Positions 15,887 to 24,000 of a stretch of DNA of 24,000 nucleotides are shown here, piece by piece. Each line of letters starts with the position of its first letter. Position 1 is the first letter of the stretch. Under the pieces are notes generated by a model, which saw only the letters and a list, made by a program, of their open reading frames with translations, was not told where the DNA came from and searched no databases. A program made the translations under genes and the position numbers. Origin of the DNA: Halarchaeum salinum (GTDB lineage Archaea; Halobacteriota; Halobacteria; Halobacteriales; Halobacteriaceae); assembly GCF_039520965.1 (NCBI RefSeq), contig NZ_BAAABL010000042.1, forward strand, positions 236,916-260,915, given 5' to 3'.

Positions 15887-16837
15887 ATGGATATCGCAGT
15901 CTACGGTGCGGGCGGCGTCGGCGCGTACTACGGCGGCCGTCTCGCCCAACAGGGTCACGACGTCACCTTCATCGCGCGCGGCGAGCACCTCCAAGCCCTC
16001 CGCGAGGACGGCGTCACGGTCGAGAGCGTGGCCGGCGATTTCGTGGTCGACTGCCCTGCGACCGACGATCCCGCGGCCGTCGGCGAAGTCGACCTCGTCC
16101 TCTTCTGTGTGAAGTCCTTCGACACCGCGGACGCTGCCGCGTCGCTCGACGCGATGCTCCGTCCGGACTCCGCGGTGCTCTCCCTCCAGAACGGCGTCGA
16201 CAACGAGGACGTCCTCGCCGACGTCGTCGGTACCGAGCGCGTCTGGGGCGGCGTCACCTACATCTTCAGCACGATCAAGGAGCCCGGCGTCGTCGAGCAC
16301 ACCGGCGGACCAGCGCGCATTATCTTCGGGCAGTACCACGATATCGAAGACGAGCCACCGGAGCGGCCGGCGCTCGCGGACGACTTCCACGACGCCTGCG
16401 AGGCCGCGACGGGGATGAGCGCCGACTACACCAACAGCGTCCACGCGACGCTTTGGGACAAGTTCGCGCTCATCTGCGCGCAGGCCGGCCTCACCGCCGC
16501 CACCCGCCAGCCGTTCGGCGTCATCAACGACACCGAGGAGACGTGGGCGCTCTACCGGCGCGTCATCGAGGAGGTCGTCGCGGTCGCGCACGCCGAGGGC
16601 GTCCGCTTCGGCTGGGACCCGGTGACGAAGTGGCTCGACGCGATGGAGTCGATGGACAACGAGGACAGCTATTCCAGCCTCCACTACGACCTCACGCACG
16701 GCAAACGCATGGAACTCGACGCGCTCCACGGTAGCGCCGTCCGCCGCGCACACGAGCAGGGCGTCGACGTCCCCGCCGTCGAAGCTATCAACGCGATCCT
16801 CCGACCGCAGGCCGACGCGAACGAGCCCGCGCCGTAG
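15887..16837 (+). CDS. panE: 2-dehydropantoate 2-reductase (ketopantoate reductase, ApbA/PanE family)
   Basis: MDIAVYGAGGVGAYYGGRLAQQGHDVTFIARG is a Rossmann GxGxxG motif, followed by LFCVKSFD and LQNGV. This is the 3' part of track ORF 14036..16837; the 5' part of that ORF is antisense to rqcH. Confidence 0.85.
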   Translation: MDIAVYGAGGVGAYYGGRLAQQGHDVTFIARGEHLQALREDGVTVESVAGDFVVDCPATDDPAAVGEVDLVLFCVKSFDTADAAASLDAMLRPDSAVLSLQNGVDNEDVLADVVGTERVWGGVTYIFSTIKEPGVVEHTGGPARIIFGQYHDIEDEPPERPALADDFHDACEAATGMSADYTNSVHATLWDKFALICAQAGLTAATRQPFGVINDTEETWALYRRVIEEVVAVAHAEGVRFGWDPVTKWLDAMESMDNEDSYSSLHYDLTHGKRMELDALHGSAVRRAHEQGVDVPAVEAINAILRPQADANEPAP

Positions 16838-16865
16838 GCGAATCCGTCCATCGATACGCCGGAGC

Positions 16866-16944
16866 CGCGTCGTCCTCCCGGTGGTCGTCCTCGCGTCCGC
16901 TCGCTGCACGTCGCGGCTCTACAACTCCTTCACGACGTACGGCC
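16866..16944. repeat. 79-bp direct repeat, copy 1: a decayed copy of the elp3 3' end plus downstream sequence
   Basis: 74/79 identical to 17009-17087 at an offset of 143 bp. It retains ...PYVVKEL-stop in the minus frame. Confidence 0.85.
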
Positions 16945-17003
16945 GACGTCCGACCTTTTCCTGCGGTCGCTCGTATCGCTCGCGCCCTGGTAAAAGCTCG
17001 GAC

Positions 17004-17008
17004 AAAAA
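17004..17008 (-). terminator. Possible oligo-T terminator for elp3 (T5 on the minus strand)
   Basis: cgTTTTTgt lies about 55 nt past the elp3 stop, at the edge of repeat copy 2. An imperfect inverted repeat (16949-16961 / 16989-17002) with T4 runs on both strands lies just beyond. Confidence 0.3.
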
Positions 17009-17087
17009 CGCGTCGTCCTCCCGTTGGTCGTCCTCACGTCCGCTCGCTGCGCGTCGCGGTCCTACAACTCCTTCACGACGTACGGCC
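17009..17087. repeat. 79-bp direct repeat, copy 2: the functional elp3 3' end plus 53 bp downstream
   Basis: See copy 1. This copy contains the real elp3 stop at 17062-17064. Confidence 0.85.
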
Positions 17088-18720
17088 CATCCTGGTGGTA
17101 GCCCAGCTTTCGCTTGTAATACTGTCGCGCACCGATCCCCGAGATGACCGCGAGCTTCTCGTAGCCGGCGTCGCGGGCGCGCTCCTCGGCCTCGGCCATG
17201 AGCCGCTGTCCGTAGCCGCGGTGTTGCTGGTCGCCCTCGCCGCTGGCCTCGCCGACGCTCACCGCGTCCCCGTAGACGTGGAGTTCGCGGAGGAGTGCGG
17301 CGTCCTTGAGCTCGCGACGCGCGACCTCGCCCGGGAAGCGCAGGCGCGCGAAGCCCACGAGCAGGTCCTGCTCGAAGTCCTCGAAGGAGATGAACTGCTC
17401 CGTCCCGCCGGACGCCTCGTACTCGATCGTCCCGAGTTCGACGTCCTCGGGCTCCGCGTCGTTCATCCCGACCTCGCGACAGCGGATACAGTCGCACTCC
17501 CAGCCGTGCTCGTCCATCTTCTGCCAGGCGAGCTGGCGGAGGTTCGACTTCCAGACGCCCGCGTCGATGAAGTCCGCGGGAATGTCGCGCTGGACGCGCT
17601 GGAGGCGAACGTAGCGCGGAAGGTCCTTCATCACGCGCGCGACGAGTTCGGCGGCCTGCTCGTTCTGCAAGGGGTCGAAATCGTCGCGCCGCCACTGGTC
17701 GTAGACACGCGTCCCGCGCACGACGAGCGTCGGATAGATCTTCAGGTAGTCCGGTCGCCACTCCGGGCTCTCGAAGAGCTGGCGGAAGTCCTCCTCGACC
17801 ATCCGCTCGGTCATCCCGGGCTGGCCCGGCATCATGTGGAAACCGACCTTGAACGCCGCGTTCCTGAGGTTTCGGTTCGCGTCGATCGACGCCTGGTTCC
17901 CGTGTCCGCGGTGCATCTCGCGGTTGATGCGCTCGTAGGTCGTCTGGACGCCCACCTCGACCTTCGTCCCGCCGAGATCGAGCATGCGGTCGATCTGTTC
18001 GGGATCGCACCAGTCCGGCTTCGTCTCGAACGTCGTCCCGATGTTCCGGATGTCCCCGAACTCGTTCTCGGCCTTGACGTCCTCGAGGTAGTTGAACTCG
18101 TATTCCTCGTCGTCTTGGGCGAACGAGACGCCCTGTGCGGGCTCGGGTTCGACGTCGAGGTCGTGGTCGTTCAGGGCCTCAAGACAGCGCTTTACGAACC
18201 ATTCCTGGTAGTCGTGGCTGCGCGCCGTCATCGTCCCGCCCATGATGATGAGCTCCACCTTGTCGACGGGGTGGCCAATCTCGCGGAGCTGGTTCAGCCG
18301 GAGCGTCACCTGGCCGTACGGGTCGTAGTCGTTCTGCTCGCCGCGCGCCGCCGCGGGTTCGTGGCCCGTGTAGGACTGCGCGCTCCCGAACTCGCTCGCG
18401 GGACCGCCCGGACAGTAGAGGCACTTACCGTGCGGGCAGAGGTGGGGGCTCGTCATCACCGCGACTGGCGCGACGCCCGAGGCGGTGCGGACGGGCTTGC
18501 GCTGGAGGACGTCTTCCAACTCCTCGCGGCGGCCCTCGGGCGCGTGATCGAGCAGATCCGTGTGTTTGGGTACCTGTGCGACCGAATGCTCCGCGCAGAC
18601 GTCGAGTTTCGCGCTCTCGACGTCGTCCTCGCCGACCTCGCCGTCGAGGATCCGGGCGACGAGGTCCTCACAGGCGGCCGCGAACGCCGCGTCTTCGCCG
18701 CGCTCGGCCTCGCTACTCAT
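17062..18720 (-). CDS. elp3: Elp3-type radical-SAM/GNAT tRNA uridine(34) modification enzyme
   Basis: 552 aa. Radical-SAM cysteine motif CPHGKCLYCPGG and a C-terminal GNAT region (QHRGYGQRLMAEAE). Confidence 0.92.
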   Translation of the reverse strand: MSSEAERGEDAAFAAACEDLVARILDGEVGEDDVESAKLDVCAEHSVAQVPKHTDLLDHAPEGRREELEDVLQRKPVRTASGVAPVAVMTSPHLCPHGKCLYCPGGPASEFGSAQSYTGHEPAAARGEQNDYDPYGQVTLRLNQLREIGHPVDKVELIIMGGTMTARSHDYQEWFVKRCLEALNDHDLDVEPEPAQGVSFAQDDEEYEFNYLEDVKAENEFGDIRNIGTTFETKPDWCDPEQIDRMLDLGGTKVEVGVQTTYERINREMHRGHGNQASIDANRNLRNAAFKVGFHMMPGQPGMTERMVEEDFRQLFESPEWRPDYLKIYPTLVVRGTRVYDQWRRDDFDPLQNEQAAELVARVMKDLPRYVRLQRVQRDIPADFIDAGVWKSNLRQLAWQKMDEHGWECDCIRCREVGMNDAEPEDVELGTIEYEASGGTEQFISFEDFEQDLLVGFARLRFPGEVARRELKDAALLRELHVYGDAVSVGEASGEGDQQHRGYGQRLMAEAEERARDAGYEKLAVISGIGARQYYKRKLGYHQDGPYVVKEL

Positions 18721-18744
18721 TACCTACAAAACGGGGGTTGTACC

Positions 18745-18751
18745 CGAAAAG
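18745..18751 (-). promoter_or_regulatory. TATA-like box for elp3 (CTTTTCG on the minus strand)
   Basis: Lies at -25..-31 from the ATG at 18720. Confidence 0.35.
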
Positions 18752-18768
18752 CGTGTCGTTGGCCGCCT

Positions 18769-20907
18769 TCAGAACTGCGCGACGAGCTCGTCGACCGCGG
18801 CGTCCACGACGGCGTCGCGTTCGCCACTGAGGAACTCGATGCGGCCGTCCTCGGCACCGCGTGGGACGACGCCGGCCTCGGGGAGGTCGTCCGTTAGTGC
18901 CTCGCCGACCGCGCGCACGTCGACGTCGCCTGTCGCACGTACGCGGATTTCGTCGCTGTTCGCGCCGACGAGGACGTAGTCGCCCTCGGCGCGCTCGCGG
19001 TAGAGCGCGTCGAGCAGGAGCGCCACGGGCGGGAAGTCGTAGCGGTGGGTGTACTGATCGACGTCAAGGACCTCGACAGTTACGCCATCGGCGTCGTGCG
19101 CCTCGAGATGCGGGCGGGCCGTCTTGAGCTCCGTGTCGAGCTTCTCGCGGAACTGCTCGCCGACGTGACCAACGAGCCCGGTGTGGGCCTCGTCCCAGAG
19201 GAGGTCGGTGACGATCTCGCGTTTGTCCTCGTACGCCTGGTAGAAGGCCTCCAGAGCGAGTGCGTCCCGAACGTTCTCGACGGTGTCGTGGTCGTAGCCG
19301 GCCTCGGCGGCGAGTTCGATGTAGACGTCCGGTGTGTTCGCCCAGAACGGCACCGCGGGGAGGTGCGCGAGGTCGTCGCGGACCTCGTCGTTGACGATCC
19401 CCGCGAGGTGCGTGGCGAGGACGCCGGTCGAAACCGGGGACTCGCCGTGCTGCGTCGGGGAGACGAGGACGCCCGCGGCGTCCGCGGCCTCGCCGTCCGC
19501 GTAGCCGCCGTCGAGGGCGACCGTCGGCGCGTCGTACTGTGCGAGGAGACCGAGCCCGTCCGTGGACTCGCGCGTACTCCCCGTCCCGACGAGGACGAAC
19601 AGCGGGTGTTTCTCGTCGTGGCGGTCAGCAGCCTGGAGCATCGACGTGACGTCCTTCGTCGCGTCGTCGAGCGTGTAGAAGCCGTCGTCGAGCGGCCGGC
19701 GATCGACGTAGTGGTACTCGGCGTCGCTCGCAGTGTGTTCGGCGCGGACGAGCGGGAGCACGGCGCGCTCGATCGCGGCCCCACCGACGTACCCTTCGAC
19801 GTCAGCGGTGTGCCGGACGATGACCGGACGCGATTCGATGATCGCACGACGGATCTCGGTCGCGGCCTCGACGAGATCGTCGTGCACGACGTCGACTTCG
19901 GCGTCCTGCACGAGCAGCGTCTCGTCATCCGGCGTGGCGCGTTCGGTGACTTGGGCCTCGCGGCGCTCGTGGACCGCCGCCGCTTCGGGGCCCGTCAGCA
20001 CCTCGATCTCCTCCGTCTCCAGTTGGAGTTCGCCGTGGTGGCGCTCGACCTCGCCGACAAGCCGGACGATGTCGCCGGATTCGACCTCCGGGTAGGCGCG
20101 CACGCCAGCCTCGACGAACGCCGCGGCATCGACGGTCCCCGTCTCGTCGGTCAGCTCGAAGACGGTCGGGCCGGATGTCTGCCGAACGCTCGTGACCTCG
20201 GCCTCGGCGGCGACGACCTCACCGACTTCCTCGTCGAGGGCGTCGATCGGGATACGGACGACCTCGTCGGGGTCCGCCTCCTCCGCCGTCGACTCTGTCG
20301 GCTCTTCGGTCTGCTCTGCGGGCTCCGATTCCTCGGCTTCCTCTTCCGTCGTCGCTTCCTCCTCGGCTTCTCCGGCCGCCGTGTCGCTCTCCTCGGCGGC
20401 CGCCTCGGCCTCGTGCTCGTCGGTCGCGGGCTCGCGTTCGCCACGACTCGCGCTCTCGGCGGCTTCTTCTTCGGCCTCCGCCTCGGGCTCGGACGCGGCG
20501 GGCGGCGCTTCGTCCTCTTCGTCGGGGAGTTCGGCGTTCGTCGGTGCGTCCGGATCGTCGACGAGTAGCCCGCGGAACTCGCGTTCGGACTGGCGGATCG
20601 ACCACGCCAGATCGACGTTGCCGTTCCCGTGGACGTCCTCGACCTTGACGTAGACTGTGTCGCCGGACTCCCAGTCGAGCGCCTCGAGGCGCTGTGGGAT
20701 CTCGCTCTTGTGGAGCAGACCGGTGACGTTCTCGCCGACGTCGACGAAGACGCCGAACTCGGCGAAGCCATCGACGCTGCCTTGGTAGAACCGACCGGGC
20801 GTGAGCTGTTCGGGTGTGGAACCGCGGAACTCGAAGACGACGTCCTCCTCGTGTGTCTCGCAGATGTACCCATCCGTGGAGGCGCCGCAAATGATACACG
20901 AACCCAT
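18769..20907 (-). CDS. RecJ-like protein: zinc ribbon, S1 domain, long acidic linker, OB fold, DHH/DHHA1-like core
   Basis: 712 aa. CIICG...CETH ribbon; S1 domain GRFYQGSVDGFAEFGVFVDVGENVTGLLHKSE; about 100 aa of Glu/Ala-rich linker; OB fold VTSVRQTSGPTVFELTDETGTVDAAAF; then a RecJ-like core starting PVIVRHTADVEGYVGG. Confidence 0.8.
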   Translation of the reverse strand: MGSCIICGASTDGYICETHEEDVVFEFRGSTPEQLTPGRFYQGSVDGFAEFGVFVDVGENVTGLLHKSEIPQRLEALDWESGDTVYVKVEDVHGNGNVDLAWSIRQSEREFRGLLVDDPDAPTNAELPDEEDEAPPAASEPEAEAEEEAAESASRGEREPATDEHEAEAAAEESDTAAGEAEEEATTEEEAEESEPAEQTEEPTESTAEEADPDEVVRIPIDALDEEVGEVVAAEAEVTSVRQTSGPTVFELTDETGTVDAAAFVEAGVRAYPEVESGDIVRLVGEVERHHGELQLETEEIEVLTGPEAAAVHERREAQVTERATPDDETLLVQDAEVDVVHDDLVEAATEIRRAIIESRPVIVRHTADVEGYVGGAAIERAVLPLVRAEHTASDAEYHYVDRRPLDDGFYTLDDATKDVTSMLQAADRHDEKHPLFVLVGTGSTRESTDGLGLLAQYDAPTVALDGGYADGEAADAAGVLVSPTQHGESPVSTGVLATHLAGIVNDEVRDDLAHLPAVPFWANTPDVYIELAAEAGYDHDTVENVRDALALEAFYQAYEDKREIVTDLLWDEAHTGLVGHVGEQFREKLDTELKTARPHLEAHDADGVTVEVLDVDQYTHRYDFPPVALLLDALYRERAEGDYVLVGANSDEIRVRATGDVDVRAVGEALTDDLPEAGVVPRGAEDGRIEFLSGERDAVVDAAVDELVAQF

Positions 20908-20930
20908 TTAGCGGTGAAAAGGCCCCCGCG

Positions 20931-20936
20931 CCTAAA
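20931..20936 (-). promoter_or_regulatory. TATA-like box for the RecJ-like gene (TTTAGG on the minus strand)
   Basis: Lies at -24..-29 from the ATG at 20907. Confidence 0.35.
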
Positions 20937-21009
20937 CGACTGTCGAAACCGCGCGCACCGCTCGCGCCCGCGTGCCGTGCGAGCAGTGCACGACGAACGC
21001 CGCGTCGCC

Positions 21010-21963
21010 TCAGCGGAGCCGTGCCACCGTCTCGCCGTCGCGATCGCCGAGTTCGGCCAGTCCGTCGTCTGCGAGGTCCGCGACGAGCCCGCGGAGCCAC
21101 TCTCGTCCGTTCTCGCCGTCCGGCGTGTAGTCGACGCGCACCTTCGGGCCGAGGTCGTCGAGCGCGAGTGCGTCGTGATTCGAGAGCGCCTTTACGACCC
21201 GCCCGCGCATCTGCCGGCGACTCCCCTCGAAGCTCGGCTGTGTGGGCACGTCAGGCGCGGTAAAGTCGCCCGTCTCGTAGGCGTGACACCACTCGCGCCA
21301 CGGACAGCCCGCCTCGTCACACGAGGGGACCTTCTCGCAGGCGACGCCGCCGAGCTCCATCATCGCGTTGTTCCACACCCGCGACTCGCCCGCGGGCATG
21401 AGCGCCCCCGCGACGACCTCGAAGGCCTCGTCGTCGTCCGGGACGTCGAAGGCACGATACAACACGCGTTTCACGTTCGTGTCGACGACGGCGTTCCCGT
21501 TGTTGAACGCGAACGACGCGACCGCGTTCGCGGTGTACGGGCCGACGCCCATCAGCTCCTCGAGCTCGTCGGGGTCCTCGGGGAACGCCCCGTCGTACTC
21601 CGAAACGACCTGTTGGGCGGCTTCGTGGAGGTAGCGTGCGCGGTTGTTGTACCCCAGCGAGTGGCCCGTCCAGAACCCGACGACGTCGCCGCGTTCGGCC
21701 GCCGCGAGATCGTGGACCGTCGGCCACCGATTCAGAAATTCGTCCCACGCCGTCTCGACGCGCCCGAGTTGGGTCTGCTGGCTCATCACCTCGGAGACGA
21801 GGATCTCGTAGGCATCCGTCGTCTCGCGCCACGGGAACGAGCGATGATCGTCCTCGTACCACGAGACGAGCGCGTCGCGGACGGCGTCGACGTCCGCAGG
21901 GAGACAGTCCCGCGGGTCGTCGCCATCGCCGCCCTCGTCGGCCGCCGTGTCCGCGTCGCTCAT
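21010..21963 (-). CDS. mutY: A/G-specific adenine DNA glycosylase (MutY family, HhH-GPD with 4Fe-4S cluster)
   Basis: LVSWYEDDHRSFPWRETTDAYEILVSEVMSQQTQ, HhH segment LMGVGPYTANAV, VDTNVKRV, and Cys cluster CEKVPSCDEAGCPWREWC. Start set at the ATG at 21961-21963; the track ORF extends to 22539. Confidence 0.85.
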   Translation of the reverse strand: MSDADTAADEGGDGDDPRDCLPADVDAVRDALVSWYEDDHRSFPWRETTDAYEILVSEVMSQQTQLGRVETAWDEFLNRWPTVHDLAAAERGDVVGFWTGHSLGYNNRARYLHEAAQQVVSEYDGAFPEDPDELEELMGVGPYTANAVASFAFNNGNAVVDTNVKRVLYRAFDVPDDDEAFEVVAGALMPAGESRVWNNAMMELGGVACEKVPSCDEAGCPWREWCHAYETGDFTAPDVPTQPSFEGSRRQMRGRVVKALSNHDALALDDLGPKVRVDYTPDGENGREWLRGLVADLADDGLAELGDRDGETVARLR

Positions 21964-22059
21964 ACCCGTTCGTCGGACGGCGCGCGCTTCAGGTTGGCGA
22001 CACGCGCTCGGCGGAACGAAGTCACAACCGATAACGGCCGCCTCCGCGACGGTCACCCC

Positions 22060-22386
22060 ATGAGCCTCGACAACCTCGTCGAGAACGTGCAGGCCACGAA
22101 CAGCGAGCTGAAGGACGCCGACTACGACCTCGATCGCGAAGCGTGCACCGAGCTCGCGATGCTCGTCACCGCCCTCGACCCCGAGGAGCCCGATGAGCTC
22201 GTCCGGCGCGCGATCCACGCGCTCTTCGACTCCTACGTCCAGACCGGCAAACTCGACTTCAACCTCCGAAGCGAGTACGACGCGACGTACGACGAGTACC
22301 TCGCGGGGATGAGCTACGACGAGATGGCCGGCGGCGGGCAGACGTTCCCGCAGGACGAGGATGAGGGGCGGCGCTATCAGTACTAG
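22060..22386 (+). CDS. Small acidic cytoplasmic protein, unknown function
   Basis: 108 aa: MSLDNLVENVQATNSELKDADYDLDREACTELAMLV... It is GC3-rich and forms the 3' end of track ORF 20629..22386; the upstream part of that ORF is antisense to mutY and the RecJ-like gene. Confidence 0.6.
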   Translation: MSLDNLVENVQATNSELKDADYDLDREACTELAMLVTALDPEEPDELVRRAIHALFDSYVQTGKLDFNLRSEYDATYDEYLAGMSYDEMAGGGQTFPQDEDEGRRYQY

Positions 22387-22523
22387 CCCCATCCTTCGGC
22401 GAGCTCCAGCCGGTGTCGCGCTTCGTCCACACGCTCGTCGGCCGCGTCGACGGCCTCGGCGTTTTCCTCGTCGATCCCGCGATGCACGACGATCGGACGA
22501 TGAGGTACTACCGAGCACATGGG

Positions 22524-22530
22524 TTTTTGA
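22524..22530 (+). promoter_or_regulatory. TATA-like box for the AI-2E transporter gene (TTTTTGA)
   Basis: Lies at -24..-30 from the ATG at 22554. Confidence 0.4.
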
Positions 22531-22553
22531 GACCGGCACACCGAGTCGGCGAC

Positions 22554-23717
22554 ATGAGCACGACGTGGGACGTCGATCGCGCGCGGCTCGGCTGGTGGGT
22601 GATCGCCGTCGTCCTCGCGGGCGTCCTCGCGTACGTCGTCCACTCGTTCATCGGGACGTTCGTCTTCGGCGTCTTCATCTACTACGCCGTCCGGCCGGTC
22701 TACCGTCGTCTGCGCCAGCGCATCCGCCCACCGACGCTGGCAGCGATGGTGAGCCTGCTCGTCTTCGCGCTTCCAGCACTCCTCCTGCTGGCGTACGCCA
22801 CTGCCATCGGGCTCCAGGAGTTCAACGCGTACATCGCCGCGCACCCCGATAGCTTCCAGCAACTGGAACGCGTGCTCGCGCCGTACGTCGACGTCGCCAG
22901 CATCGTCCGCGACCCGCAGTCCATCCTGGCCTCGGAAGACGCGCTCGCGACGCTTCGGGGGGTGATTAGTGCCGCACAGGGCTATCTCGGGTTCTTCGGG
23001 AGCATCGCGCTCCACGCGTTCGTGACGCTCATCATCGCGTTCTACCTGCTGCGCGACGACGCGCGCCTCGCCTCGTGGTTCCACCGGCGCTTCGACGACG
23101 CGGAAGGCGTCGTCCACCTGTACGCGAAGCGGGTTGATGGGGACTTCTCGAACATCTTCTTCGGGAACATCCTCAACGCAGTCATCACCGCGATCATCGG
23201 CGCGATCTCGTACAGCCTCCTCGACTACGTCGCGCCGGCCGGCGTCGGCGTCCCCTACCCCGCGCTCCTCGGCGTTCTCACGGGCGTGGCGAGCCTCATT
23301 CCCGTCGTCGGGATCAAACTCGTCTACGTCCCCGTCGCCCTCCTCCTCTCCGTCCGCGCGGCGACCACCGGCCCCGAGACGTTCTGGTTCCCCGCGCTAT
23401 ACGTCGCCGTGTCGTTCGTGATCGTCGACGTCGTCCCCGACCTCGTGTTGCGCCCGTACGTCTCCGGGCGGAACCTCCATCTCGGGATGGTGATGCTCGC
23501 GTACATCTTCGGGCCGCTCCTCTTCGGGTGGTACGGGATCTTCCTCGGGCCGATGCTCCTCGTGCTCGTCGTTCACTTCGTTCGGCTTGTCCTCCCGGAA
23601 CTCCTCGCGGGCGTGCCGATCGAGTCCGAGGCCGTCGGCCCGTCGACGGCGACCGCCGGAACGGTACAGACCTCGCTCGACGAGGTAGTGCGAGGCGATG
23701 CGAGCGACGACGACTAG
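22554..23717 (+). CDS. AI-2E family (PerM/UPF0118) integral membrane transporter
   Basis: Multi-pass membrane protein starting MSTTWDVDRARLGWWVIAVVLAGVLAYV. It has about 7-8 hydrophobic segments and the family-typical central loop. Start set at the ATG at 22554. Confidence 0.78.
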   Translation: MSTTWDVDRARLGWWVIAVVLAGVLAYVVHSFIGTFVFGVFIYYAVRPVYRRLRQRIRPPTLAAMVSLLVFALPALLLLAYATAIGLQEFNAYIAAHPDSFQQLERVLAPYVDVASIVRDPQSILASEDALATLRGVISAAQGYLGFFGSIALHAFVTLIIAFYLLRDDARLASWFHRRFDDAEGVVHLYAKRVDGDFSNIFFGNILNAVITAIIGAISYSLLDYVAPAGVGVPYPALLGVLTGVASLIPVVGIKLVYVPVALLLSVRAATTGPETFWFPALYVAVSFVIVDVVPDLVLRPYVSGRNLHLGMVMLAYIFGPLLFGWYGIFLGPMLLVLVVHFVRLVLPELLAGVPIESEAVGPSTATAGTVQTSLDEVVRGDASDDD

Positions 23718-23977
23718 TCGAGCGCCGTCCCGTCGCGCGGGCAGTAGCGTACCTCGGGGTCGGTCGTTTCGAACCCGCACGCCGGACACGTCCGCGTCGC
23801 CGGCGGTCCTTCCTCGTTTTCGTCCGCACCGCCACGCTCGCGGAGACCACGGAAGAGCAGCGGGACGAACGGGATCGCGATGAAGAAGACGAACCAGTCG
23901 GTAACGGCGTAGACCACGGCGCTGAGCGCGAGCGAGGCGACGAGGCCGACGATCGCGGTCGCGAGACGGGAGTGCAC
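23714..23977 (-). CDS. Small membrane protein with a C-terminal zinc ribbon; start uncertain and may lie beyond the window
   Basis: Two hydrophobic helices followed by CPACG...YCPRDG. The frame stays open upstream to the window edge. Its stop overlaps the transporter stop at a shared CTAG. Confidence 0.5.
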   Translation of the reverse strand: MHSRLATAIVGLVASLALSAVVYAVTDWFVFFIAIPFVPLLFRGLRERGGADENEEGPPATRTCPACGFETTDPEVRYCPRDGTALD

Positions 23978-24000
23978 GCGCGGCGATACGGCCGGGATCG

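Noticed and set aside
18727-18738. acaaaacggggg upstream of elp3 resembles the G-string half of ORB4 (gcaaaacgggga).
   Set aside because: Only about 10 nt are shared and the conserved ACATTTGC half is missing. The sequence overlaps the short elp3 promoter region, and one such match is plausible by chance.
20257-20559. Glu/Ala/Thr-rich low-complexity tracts in the RecJ-like protein and similar Glu-rich stretches in RqcH (about 14854-14977), considered as possible repeat or insertion elements.
   Set aside because: There is no nucleotide-level periodic repeat. Acidic linkers are a normal halophile adaptation, and the RqcH tract coincides with its coiled-coil region.
23714-23717. Convergent stop-codon overlap (shared CTAG) between the transporter and the Zn-ribbon membrane protein gene.
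   Set aside because: This is a trivial consequence of a palindromic tetranucleotide at two convergent gene ends, and no further structure is present.

Overview
This looks like core chromosome of a high-GC haloarchaeon. The evidence is very acidic proteins, GC-rich third codon positions and archaeal informational genes. I support 21 protein-coding genes (one truncated at the left edge, one possibly at the right edge), one tRNA-Leu(GAG) and an Orc1/Cdc6-linked replication origin. Left to right the genes are: HAD hydrolase fragment, cysE, mbf1, tRNA-Leu, orc1/cdc6 with ORB repeats, class-I glutamine amidotransferase, purF, rpl37e (57 aa, missing from the ORF track), an Sm-like gene, M42 peptidase, a small tail-anchored acidic protein, an HExxH zincin (DUF2342-like), a Dna2-like OB/nuclease/SF1B helicase, pelota, an RqcH/NEMF homologue, panE, elp3, a RecJ-like Zn-ribbon/S1/OB/DHH-like protein, mutY, a small acidic protein, an AI-2E family transporter and a Zn-ribbon membrane protein. 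I saw no CRISPR array, transposase, integrase or recognisable defence gene, so I cannot claim a new multi-gene system. The most unusual structure is the origin. Four long ORB-like elements (C/G-string plus CGTTYTGCAAATGTTC) form two nested inverted pairs that bracket the whole orc1 gene. A separate array of GKGGAAM-containing direct repeats lies just past the orc1 stop, a 67% AT patch lies upstream, and the block looks GC-poorer than its flanks. Secondary items: a 79-bp direct repeat copying the 3' end of elp3; a 22-bp duplication at the M42 peptidase stop; an 18-bp intergenic tandem repeat; a pelota-rqcH ribosome-rescue gene pair; and a RecJ-like protein whose DHH signature reads DGG by eye. 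Most long ORFs antisense to these genes are compositional artefacts. All calls rest on reading the sequence and remembered family motifs; no database search was run.
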